Of a stretch of 64,000 nt of DNA, positions 17,330-25,972 are shown piece after piece (position 1 is the stretch's first letter; every line of letters begins with the position of its first letter). Where the stretch lies: positions 186,001 through 250,000 of the IMG/VR virus record IMGVR_UViG_3300045974_000132, one strand, 5' to 3'. Below the pieces are notes generated by a model. That model saw only the letters and a list, made by a program, of their open reading frames with translations. It ran no database searches and had not been told where the DNA came from. The translations under genes and the position numbers were made by a program.

Positions 17330-18270
17330 TTGTCAGCCTCAATGTGTTTGAAGAACTCAATAGTTTTCAGAACGCCATCTTCTAAGGGCAGATACAGACG
17401 CTTAGAAAAGACACGCTTATACTTAGACAAGTCAGGCTTACGCACTTTGGGATCATCCGCCGGTAGGTCTTTGTGGATGAATTGATCGAACTTAGTTAAG
17501 CGCCCTACAATATCTGCAAGTTGCTCAATTGTAAACTCTTGGTCATTGCCTAAGTTCATCGGCCCATAGTTGTTATCGTTTGTCATGACCTGCCAGAGCA
17601 TATCAATCATATCACTAACGTAACAGAAGCTACGAGTCTGCTCACCTGAACCATAGATTGTAATAGGCTTGCTTTCGAGAGCTTGAGTGATAAAGTTTGA
17701 AACTACCCGTCCGTCGTTGTAGGCCATGTTAGGCCCATAAGTGTTGAACAGTCGAACAACACGGATATCAACGTTGGTAGTACGCTTATAATCTGCACAA
17801 AGCGTTTCAGCAGCCCGCTTACCTTCATCGTAGCAAGCACGTGGGCCAGTGATACTTACGTTGCCGTTGTACGACTCAGGCTGCGGATGTACTTCAGGGT
17901 CACCGTAAACTTCAGAAGTAGAGGTGAACAGCATACGTGCGCCTGTCTTGTTGGCAAGATCAAGCATGTTTTTCGTGCCGATAACAGAAGTCATCAACGT
18001 CTTAATCGGATCACGCGAATACCACTCAGGGCTTGCAGGACAAGCTAAGTGATATATGTAATCCAGATCAGACAGATAGAAACCAGTATCACAAACATCC
18101 AAATTGATGAAGTGAAAGTTCTTATGTTGCAGGAAGGGCTTAATGTTAGCACCCGATGAACAGCTAAGGTTGTCCAAACAGAACACTTCATTGTTGGGAT
18201 TGCAGAGCAGTCGATAGCAAAGATTACTACCTAGAAAACCTGCACCGCCTGTTACTAGAATGCGTGACAT
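17317..18270 (-). CDS. UDP-glucuronate decarboxylase (UDP-xylose synthase-like SDR)
   Basis: GGAGFLG, HLACPASP, STSEVYGDP, PRACYDEGKR, RLFNTYGP, DGRVVSNF, DDPKVRKPD. Confidence 0.9.
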   Translation of the reverse strand: MSRILVTGGAGFLGSNLCYRLLCNPNNEVFCLDNLSCSSGANIKPFLQHKNFHFINLDVCDTGFYLSDLDYIYHLACPASPEWYSRDPIKTLMTSVIGTKNMLDLANKTGARMLFTSTSEVYGDPEVHPQPESYNGNVSITGPRACYDEGKRAAETLCADYKRTTNVDIRVVRLFNTYGPNMAYNDGRVVSNFITQALESKPITIYGSGEQTRSFCYVSDMIDMLWQVMTNDNNYGPMNLGNDQEFTIEQLADIVGRLTKFDQFIHKDLPADDPKVRKPDLSKYKRVFSKRLYLPLEDGVLKTIEFFKHIEADKWSL

Positions 18271-19463
18271 TACAATCTTCCTTGTGTTAGAGCATAACAG
18301 ATTTGAGTATCACCGATGTAGTGTTCCATGAGCATACCGGACTGCTGCAATAGACCATTACTTCCATAAGAAGGATCATCAAACTGCGTAAGCATTTCCT
18401 TGATCTTATTAACCAATTCTTCTTTATGGGCAAGATAACTTTCAAAGCTAAGTGTCCATTCAGAAGGATACAAGAAACGTTTGAAGTACATTTCGGAGTA
18501 CGACAAACGATCAGGGCTTAGAGACATGGCACCTGCAAAGATAGCTTCTGTCTGTGCAATACCGTAAGTCTCCTGCAGTGCTGCGGAGAATACAAGCTTG
18601 CTGCGACCTAGAAGATCATGATACTCGGGTTTAGTCAGTTGCTTTTCCTGACACACAATAAACTTGTAGTCCTCATATCCAGGTTCATTAGCAAACGTGT
18701 TTTCAAGGTCGTAGAAGATTTCAATTTGCTTCTCAGGAGCAATACGATGTGGGAAGAGAATGATGTTCTCTTTAGGCTTTACACTGTAGGGCGCAAGCTT
18801 ATCAAACAGATACGAATTCGGATAGCCTACCCGCAGAATCTTTTCACGAAGACTTGCCTGTGTTTCGTCACCCGCTAGTAGGTAGTCCCTTAGCCTTGAG
18901 AAGAATAGCTTGATATAAGCCTCGGTAGTGAATAGGTTTATATCAATAGCGTGAAACAAAGATGCTTCAAAAGCAGGAGCCCATTCACTCTTGATCTTAC
19001 GCCCTAAGAAGTCATTGGGGTCATGCCAACCCGCGTGCCATTGCCCAACAATAGTAACAGGGATGTCAAGCAAGTCCGACATGTAGCGCACTTGGATGAT
19101 TGCAGGATTCCAAGCATCTGTGAAGTAGAACACATCGCCAGGCTGAACACGATCATTATGGAAGTGATCTGCAATCTTTTGAGCCTGTGAAGACTTCCAA
19201 ACATTCGTAGAAGCAAAGTTAATGAAGGCACCAGTAGAAGCATCTTGCGTAGGCATATCGCCTTCGATGTTAACCAAACGGACCTCGGGTGTATTATACT
19301 CACGGAAGTGGGCATAGTGCCACGCATCATCTTGGCGCAAAAACTTGATGTTGTTTTGAGCGCAATACTTTTCAATCATTGCAGGGATGTGATCTGCCCA
19401 CTCATACGTGTAACGAGTTTCAATCTTTTCCAGTGGCACCAGCCAGATTGTTTTCATAGTCAT
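18270..19463 (-). CDS. GT-B fold glycosyltransferase
   Basis: FPHRIAPEK and QETYGIAQTEA (Ex7E) motifs. Confidence 0.8.
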   Translation of the reverse strand: MTMKTIWLVPLEKIETRYTYEWADHIPAMIEKYCAQNNIKFLRQDDAWHYAHFREYNTPEVRLVNIEGDMPTQDASTGAFINFASTNVWKSSQAQKIADHFHNDRVQPGDVFYFTDAWNPAIIQVRYMSDLLDIPVTIVGQWHAGWHDPNDFLGRKIKSEWAPAFEASLFHAIDINLFTTEAYIKLFFSRLRDYLLAGDETQASLREKILRVGYPNSYLFDKLAPYSVKPKENIILFPHRIAPEKQIEIFYDLENTFANEPGYEDYKFIVCQEKQLTKPEYHDLLGRSKLVFSAALQETYGIAQTEAIFAGAMSLSPDRLSYSEMYFKRFLYPSEWTLSFESYLAHKEELVNKIKEMLTQFDDPSYGSNGLLQQSGMLMEHYIGDTQICYALTQGRL

Positions 19464-19465
19464 GG

Positions 19466-19654
19466 TTATTTAATCTCAGGAATGCACATCATCAAAGCTT
19501 TATGGGCTTCTTCAACGTGACGGACGTAAACTACTACTCCATCATTCATATCATTGATTGCTGCCTTCGTACAAGCCAGTTGAACATCAGTAGGCGTTAT
19601 AGGAAGCAGAGCGTATTTTGTTTCGTCGTAGGTGATTGTTTTCATAAGATGCAA
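19466..19654 (-). CDS. small hypothetical protein
   Basis: inside the tightly coupled operon. Confidence 0.5.
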   Translation of the reverse strand: MHLMKTITYDETKYALLPITPTDVQLACTKAAINDMNDGVVVYVRHVEEAHKALMMCIPEIK

Positions 19655-20055
19655 AGATCGGACAGAGTTAGTACCGCTATGTTAGGGCGCAATTCTGCTA
19701 TGCGTGATGCGATCTTCTCACAGCTTTCTACAAAGATGGTAATATTGTTTTCGTCGATAGCGTTTACTTTGAATAGAGCAGACTCTTCTGTATCCAAAAC
19801 CTTATCTTCAGAATTATGTACGACACGGCACCGCAATTGGAAATAATTCTGTGCCCAAATATAAGTATCGTGATAGTCAGAAGACGGACGACCTGTAACA
19901 ATGTAGAAGTGTTCATGCTGCGGTATGAACAAAGGCTTCAGATGATACCTAGCCTTAACTACCGACATTAATTGTTCTTGTGATAAACCTTCTACGTTAA
20001 TGTCAGGGCATAATATTCCGTCAAGATCATACCCATAAATGTCAGCTAGTCCCAT
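19642..20055 (-). CDS. HAD-superfamily phosphatase-like protein
   Basis: YDLDGIL, VTGR, conserved K, FVES. Confidence 0.7.
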   Translation of the reverse strand: MGLADIYGYDLDGILCPDINVEGLSQEQLMSVVKARYHLKPLFIPQHEHFYIVTGRPSSDYHDTYIWAQNYFQLRCRVVHNSEDKVLDTEESALFKVNAIDENNITIFVESCEKIASRIAELRPNIAVLTLSDLCIL

Positions 20056-20512
20056 ATTTACTACTCCCTTCGCTAAACAAATTCTTATCGCCTACTGTTA
20101 CTTTACAGCTTTCTTCATTTGGCATAATAAGCCATTTGTCTTTAGCAACTTCTCCGACTAAATCTACTTCGTAGTCACCTACCTGGAATACCGCAGAGTA
20201 CATAACTTCTTTGTTAGGGAAGAATTTGTCAAGGTAGTATTTAACTAGATCGAATGTACGTCCTTGATCGACCATGTCATCGACGACCAACAATCGTTGA
20301 AATAGGTCTAGACCTGCCGATTGGGTCATATGACCATATCGAATAATAAAAGCAATAGGTAGGTTCAATGCTTTAGCAATGATATGGGAAGCAGTCATGC
20401 CCCCGCGGGCAATACAAAGTACAGCGTCTGGCCTAAACAGTTGAGCCTGCTCTGACATGCTCAAACAAAGAGCTTTAAACTCAGTGTAAGGAACTTCATA
20501 AGGTTGGATCAT
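20042..20512 (-). CDS. type I purine phosphoribosyltransferase (XGPRT-like)
   Basis: IARGG; LLVVDDMVDQGRT PRPP loop; WLIMP. Confidence 0.85.
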   Translation of the reverse strand: MIQPYEVPYTEFKALCLSMSEQAQLFRPDAVLCIARGGMTASHIIAKALNLPIAFIIRYGHMTQSAGLDLFQRLLVVDDMVDQGRTFDLVKYYLDKFFPNKEVMYSAVFQVGDYEVDLVGEVAKDKWLIMPNEESCKVTVGDKNLFSEGSSKYGTS

Positions 20513-21357
20513 ACATAGTCCACTGCGATAGGAAAGTCAGGTAGTGCTAAACGAGTCTCTACCTGACGTTGATAGAAGTCACTATGATCTTCCAGATTAT
20601 CACTCCAGTCGAACGTCTTCATACCTACATGCTCAATATAAGCACCAAGCATCAAGTAGATAGGGACTTTGTTCTCGACCAGAGCTTCTTGGATCATGCA
20701 GTCATAGCCGCGCATACCTTTCTTCCAATTACTCATTGACTCAAGAACAGACCAAGCACAATTGTTGTAATGGAAGAGGAAGAATCTAACAGGAATTATC
20801 CAGCCGTTGCTGATATAGTCAGTACGAATAACTTCTGTTTTATCCGTAGCCCATTTCTGGTGAGCAACGCTCTTGATACCAAAACGTTCAACGAAAGGAA
20901 CAAGATGGTGCATATAACGAAGCTCATTACTCCAGTCGTCATAGCTATGAACATTCATAACGTCAACCGCCGCGCACGTTATAACTTTGTTCTTACAGAA
21001 GCCTTGACGAATAGCATACTGAAGCAACGCCAACGTCTTGTAAGGAAATATATGGTCATCATCAACATTGAATACCAGATCAGTAGTAAGCAGTTCCCTT
21101 ATAACGCGTGCCTTCGATTGAGCAACAGACAGTTCCGGTGAATGATTATGAATAACAAGAGTATTGTTATTAGCTTGGGCAATTTGCTGAAGCAAATAAA
21201 GATGCTCAAAGGTATCAGAATCATACTGGAAGCAAACATGCCATCTAACGCATTCAACGTTGCTCAGAATGTTTGCCATTGTTGCAAATAACTCTGTCTT
21301 ACGCCCTTGCCCTGTAACAGTCAGCAAGTTAAGAGCCATGCCTCTGAAGTTTATCAT
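20509..21357 (-). CDS. putative GT-A fold glycosyltransferase
   Basis: VFNVDDDH DxD motif; later GYD and EH; operon context. Confidence 0.6.
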   Translation of the reverse strand: MINFRGMALNLLTVTGQGRKTELFATMANILSNVECVRWHVCFQYDSDTFEHLYLLQQIAQANNNTLVIHNHSPELSVAQSKARVIRELLTTDLVFNVDDDHIFPYKTLALLQYAIRQGFCKNKVITCAAVDVMNVHSYDDWSNELRYMHHLVPFVERFGIKSVAHQKWATDKTEVIRTDYISNGWIIPVRFFLFHYNNCAWSVLESMSNWKKGMRGYDCMIQEALVENKVPIYLMLGAYIEHVGMKTFDWSDNLEDHSDFYQRQVETRLALPDFPIAVDYV

Positions 21358-22745
21358 TTCAGTTGATTCTCCAAGCTAGCCAGCAGATTAGAAGTACGCT
21401 CATACAATTCCTTCTGCGAAGACTTTTCAGAAGTAGAGGTTGTATCGAACAAAGACTGCGGTATGTCATCAGACTGACGCCAGTTGTTAATATGGCGCGC
21501 ATACTTCTTCTGAGCTTCCTTAAGACCGTGCTGTGTAACCACATCAATGTAATCGAGAGCCAGCTTAACGTCAGCTTTGTTCTTGATGTTCTTCAGTTGG
21601 AGTATAACGTACTTGTTATACTCATGAGGAGTAAGGTGTCGACAGGCTTCCTGAAGAGACTGGGTATATCGAGCCATCTGAATCGCATTGTGCAGCGCCA
21701 AAAATCCATTGAAGCGATTATGGCCGAATGCAAATATATCCCGATACTTGATTGCTCCGCACACTGGGCAACTGCAATTTAGATGCAAAGCAGGGTTTGA
21801 GATACTACCTGCTTTAGTTCCGTATGCTTGCCTACTCATAATGTGTTGCTCATTCATCTGAATATGGTAGACGTTATTCAGAGAGGCTTGAATGTGACTG
21901 GTACTGTCGCTAGTGATATGAGGAGGATTGTCACCGCTGTTTGCAATCTTAACCAGCAGAGCCAGATAAGACATATCAAACACACCTAGTGCGTGATATT
22001 GCTTATAGCGATACGACCCACCTTCAATGATCTCATATAACGTGTTGACACCTGTGAGGGGCTTTTGTAGAAGAAGACCGCCGATAGCAACCCGCGGAAT
22101 ACGTTCGTCTTCAACAATGTCCCGATACTTTTTGCGATCTTCAACGCTGCCTCCGTGAAATATATTGATTAGCTCTAAGCCCTTACGCCCATTCTTCAGC
22201 ATAACCTCATTGTTCTTACGCTGGAGAAGTGCTGCTCGTTTAGCGATCTTGTCATCCTTAATCCACAACGGAATGTCAAGTACCATACCTGCATCGACGT
22301 TCTTGTTGTAGAACTCAACCAAGTCTTTCGGATGAATCAGTCCAGCTACTTCCCGTGCTAATTGCAGACCGCCGCTGTCAGAAAGAATTTGAACTTTCTT
22401 TGCACTAGCAGGCAGGGAATCACGATTGATAGCTTCACTATTGTTATGCGTGAAGTTGGTCATGAAGTAGTCGATACCAATACCTGCGCCAAGATCATCA
22501 CGGAAGGTATTTAGATCGAGACACAGATCAAAGGATTCATTCGGATAGAACGCATCATCGTTGAATGAGTCCCGGACGAACACGAATTCCCGATCAGGAC
22601 AATCATACCAGATATAGTTCTTATCTACCCGTTTAATGGTGATTTCGTTAGACTTTGTTTTCTTGTATTTGACATAGATAGTCAAGCCGCCATAATTCTG
22701 AAACAAGTTGGCGGCCGCCACAAACCGATAGCCGTTGAAGTCCAT
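21354..22745 (-). CDS. tRNA-guanine transglycosylase / DpdA-like base-exchange enzyme
   Basis: SDSGGLQ, VLDIP, GGL, HALG, SDSTS and Zn site CSCPVC...HN. Confidence 0.85.
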   Translation of the reverse strand: MDFNGYRFVAAANLFQNYGGLTIYVKYKKTKSNEITIKRVDKNYIWYDCPDREFVFVRDSFNDDAFYPNESFDLCLDLNTFRDDLGAGIGIDYFMTNFTHNNSEAINRDSLPASAKKVQILSDSGGLQLAREVAGLIHPKDLVEFYNKNVDAGMVLDIPLWIKDDKIAKRAALLQRKNNEVMLKNGRKGLELINIFHGGSVEDRKKYRDIVEDERIPRVAIGGLLLQKPLTGVNTLYEIIEGGSYRYKQYHALGVFDMSYLALLVKIANSGDNPPHITSDSTSHIQASLNNVYHIQMNEQHIMSRQAYGTKAGSISNPALHLNCSCPVCGAIKYRDIFAFGHNRFNGFLALHNAIQMARYTQSLQEACRHLTPHEYNKYVILQLKNIKNKADVKLALDYIDVVTQHGLKEAQKKYARHINNWRQSDDIPQSLFDTTSTSEKSSQKELYERTSNLLASLENQLK

Positions 22746-22811
22746 ATCAACTCACTTTATGAAAGGGATTATATACATACAGTTTACAGTTTTCTCTTTT
22801 TGCGGACATGG

Positions 22812-22835
22812 AAAAGGGTAGCTCAAAGGCTACCC
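22812..22835 (-). terminator. intrinsic terminator GGGTAGC/GCTACCC-TTTT
   Basis: 7-bp stem plus T tract after the Cas4-like gene. Confidence 0.7.
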
Positions 22836-22856
22836 AATTCTTTAAAGCTTTAAATC

Positions 22857-23798
22857 TTACAATACGACTAACGAATTGTCCTTCTTAGCTTTCTTGTAAT
22901 CCCGGAAAGTGAGTTTAACAAACTTCTCAATCTTAGGAGTGAAGCACAAGGACTCTAATGGGCATCCTGTGAAGCCCTTGAAATGCTCATTGTAGTAGCC
23001 TATAGACTTACAGGGCTTGGTATCAATTAAGAATTCAATGTCTTCCTTAGTCTGTAGATCCTGAATTACTTCATACTGTTCATCATACAATTCGCATTTC
23101 TTGATGATGGCTTTCTTGATAGTCTTTGTCACAGTTCCGGTAGAGACTTCGACCATAAAGGGATCATCACGCGCGACATATAGTAATGCCCAGCCCGCAA
23201 TAACAATCTTGTACTTTTTCTCAATCAGGGCACAGTAGGTGAGAATCTGCGCTTTATTCTTAGCATAGGGAAATAAGCCTCCCTCCCGCTTGTGTCGACG
23301 GATGTTTTTAACGGAAGTTGTCTTGTAGTCGATTACCCAAAACTGACCACGACTATCTTCATACACCCCGTCGATGTGTCCAGACAGATGACGGAAAGCT
23401 TTGACTTCAAACTCTTCGTACTCCATTTCAGTCTTGCACTTAGGGCAATTCTGTTTAACACCGAATTCGATAAAGTGATTACATTGCTTGTTGTAGCACT
23501 TCCAGTTGCCCCAAATCTTACCGTTCTGCCCTAGCCAGCGTTGAAAGACTAAGTGAGCAGCAGTACCGACGGACGTATAGAACTCTCGACCAGCATCTGC
23601 TTTCTCTGGGAGTTTCTTCTTAGGGTCTTGTTCTTTGACCATCTTCTCGTAAGCTTTCTTAAGCCCACAAAAAGGAAAGCCCGATACTCGAAGCTTATCG
23701 TCCCTCTTTATCAGGTCGGCCAGCTCCGTTCGCATCGACTTATCGAAGTAGCTGGATATCTCCCTTGATATAGAGAAGACAGGCGTTAGATTTGACAT
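22857..23798 (-). CDS. Cas4-like PD-(D/E)XK exonuclease
   Basis: N-terminal Cys, GTAAH, GHIDG, IDYKT, QxxxY, C-terminal Cys cluster; extra CxxxxC/CPKC ribbon. Confidence 0.8.
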   Translation of the reverse strand: MSNLTPVFSISREISSYFDKSMRTELADLIKRDDKLRVSGFPFCGLKKAYEKMVKEQDPKKKLPEKADAGREFYTSVGTAAHLVFQRWLGQNGKIWGNWKCYNKQCNHFIEFGVKQNCPKCKTEMEYEEFEVKAFRHLSGHIDGVYEDSRGQFWVIDYKTTSVKNIRRHKREGGLFPYAKNKAQILTYCALIEKKYKIVIAGWALLYVARDDPFMVEVSTGTVTKTIKKAIIKKCELYDEQYEVIQDLQTKEDIEFLIDTKPCKSIGYYNEHFKGFTGCPLESLCFTPKIEKFVKLTFRDYKKAKKDNSLVVL

Positions 23799-23860
23799 AG
23801 TTGTGTTATCCAGATACTGTAAAAGTAATGTACTTGATTCAAATTATGGTCGATGTAAAA

Positions 23861-24904
23861 ATGGCACAAGACATAGACAACTTCGATGTGATTAGGGACG
23901 CTCTTCATCAGTATGGAGGACGGCAGAAGCCTGCAGGCGATTGGAGAATGATTCAATGCCCATTCCCTGACCACAATGACGGTGGACCTTCATGTGGCGT
24001 GTATATGCGGCGTGACGGTAGAGCTAAATTAGGATTCTTCAACTGTTTGGGCTGCGGGAAGAAAGGCGGATGGAATACATTAGCAGGCGTTGCAAATCTC
24101 CCGACAATCCAAGAATGGAATAATGCGGAAAAAAGCGTCGGTGAAGTAATCTCTAAAGCAGATGAAGAAAGTTTGCTGGGTGATCAAAGTTTGACAGTAC
24201 GCCGAGTGCTTAAAATAATGAAGTGTGAAGAAGCGCAGCCCTGGCCTGAGAATATACCTTGGCGTGGATTCAAAGGTAATCTACTTCGCTTGGTAGGCGG
24301 TCTGATTATCAATGACTACTACAATGATTCTATTGCAGCTTTATTCCCTGTACGCATCGCAGGTAAAGTCAGAGGCGCTGTCAAAGCAGTATATGAGAAG
24401 AAGACTAAAGAGCAGTTAGGTTATATCACAATGTCAGGAGAATGGGTAAACAGTTACGGACTGTTCCCATTTGAGTTTACCAAGAAGTTGATTGATAAAT
24501 ATCATTACAACTTTGTGATATTGGTTGAAGGGCCACGTGATGCACTTCGCTTATTGAAGCTCGGAATTCCAGCACTAGCTGTGTTAGGTGCAAATACGAT
24601 CGGTCGTACTAAAGCTCTTTACATTAGCAGCTTAGGCGTAGATACATATTATGTTATGCCTGATAATGATATGGGCGGTACAAAACTGTGGAAGAATCTG
24701 AAGGAAGCTCTAGGTAGAAAGAAATGCAATGTAAAGCAGTTGAAGCTTCCGAAAGAAAAAGGAGAGGACGGTAAAGTAATAAAGATGGATCCGTTCAATG
24801 CCCCACGTGAGGTAATATCTAATTTAAAGACTCTGTTGAGAGAACGTCACGGCTGGGCTAATGAAGACATATATGCAATTCAGACGCGAAAGGTTGGTGT
24901 ATGA
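23861..24904 (+). CDS. DNA primase (Zn finger + TOPRIM)
   Basis: CPFPDH...CLGC; VEGPRDA; PDND. Confidence 0.85.
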   Translation: MAQDIDNFDVIRDALHQYGGRQKPAGDWRMIQCPFPDHNDGGPSCGVYMRRDGRAKLGFFNCLGCGKKGGWNTLAGVANLPTIQEWNNAEKSVGEVISKADEESLLGDQSLTVRRVLKIMKCEEAQPWPENIPWRGFKGNLLRLVGGLIINDYYNDSIAALFPVRIAGKVRGAVKAVYEKKTKEQLGYITMSGEWVNSYGLFPFEFTKKLIDKYHYNFVILVEGPRDALRLLKLGIPALAVLGANTIGRTKALYISSLGVDTYYVMPDNDMGGTKLWKNLKEALGRKKCNVKQLKLPKEKGEDGKVIKMDPFNAPREVISNLKTLLRERHGWANEDIYAIQTRKVGV

Positions 24905-25209
24905 GTTCTTGGATTCTTGAAATAGATACTGATTCAGACTGTTGGTTGAACTTTATAAATCCTGTAAATAATGAAGAGAACAAGTTAAGATCAAGAATAA
25001 GGGCAGAATTTAACGGAGCTACGCATTTAACAAAGCTATTCAGTTTTCTTGATACGCTAGAGGTTGTAGATAGGCCAGATAAAGAAGGTTGTGCAGTAGA
25101 ATTAAAGCGCTACCTAAAACAGTTACGCAGAGTCAAAAGTGAAGACTTCCGCAAGGGTGGAAACATCACAGTCTCTTATAAGAAGTTGGTTGTTGAATTT
25201 TCAATATAA
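24901..25209 (+). CDS. hypothetical protein
   Basis: ATGA overlap with primase. Confidence 0.65.
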   Translation: MSSWILEIDTDSDCWLNFINPVNNEENKLRSRIRAEFNGATHLTKLFSFLDTLEVVDRPDKEGCAVELKRYLKQLRRVKSEDFRKGGNITVSYKKLVVEFSI

Positions 25210-25218
25210 GGATTAATT

Positions 25219-25908
25219 ATGTCAATAAAAAGCGACAAGTGGATTACAAGGATGTGTTCTCCGAACGGGGAAGAAGGAGAGCGCTACGGTAACGACGGTG
25301 AGATACTAGTACCGGGTAGGGAATCACGTTTACCAATGATCTGGCCGTTCGAGCCTAATCAAGTACGTTCGCGGGAAGCACCGGTAGTGTATAGCCCAGG
25401 GTCAAACTTGCATGACGATCTGTACCGAGGACCACGGCCTGTTATAAGCTACGGCTGTTCCTCTTACGGTTACGACATTCGCTGCGGCCGTGAGTTCAAG
25501 ATATTCACCAACATCAATTCATCAATCATTGATCCAAAGAACTTTGACCCAAAGTGTTTTGTAGATCACATTGGTGAATACTGCATAATCCCACCCAATT
25601 CGTTTGCACTAGCACGCACTGTTGAGTATCTTCGTATTCCTCGCGCTGTTCTGACTATTTGCTTAGGTAAGTCAACGTATGCGCGATGCGGTATCATTGT
25701 CAATGTAACGCCGTTTGAACCCGAGTGGGAGGGTTACGCTACACTGGAATTCTCGAATACAACACCCTTGCCTGCAAAGATTTATGCTAACGAAGGTTGT
25801 GCTCAGATCATGTTCTTCGAGAGCGATGAACAATGTGAAACATCTTATAAGGATCGCAATGGAAAGTATCAGTGTCAAGAAGCATTGCCCGTAACACCAA
25901 AGCTGTAA
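25219..25908 (+). CDS. dcd: dCTP deaminase (proteobacterial type, with insertions)
   Basis: [36 protein letters not shown]. Confidence 0.95.
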   Translation: MSIKSDKWITRMCSPNGEEGERYGNDGEILVPGRESRLPMIWPFEPNQVRSREAPVVYSPGSNLHDDLYRGPRPVISYGCSSYGYDIRCGREFKIFTNINSSIIDPKNFDPKCFVDHIGEYCIIPPNSFALARTVEYLRIPRAVLTICLGKSTYARCGIIVNVTPFEPEWEGYATLEFSNTTPLPAKIYANEGCAQIMFFESDEQCETSYKDRNGKYQCQEALPVTPKL

Positions 25909-25972
25909 CACCTGAGTTACATAACACAATACAATAGAATCACTATAAACCCAAGCAATAAAGGTATAATCC

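Noticed and set aside
22857-23798. CRISPR-Cas locus suggested by the Cas4-like gene
   Set aside because: No cas1/cas2 and no regularly spaced repeat-spacer array in the window
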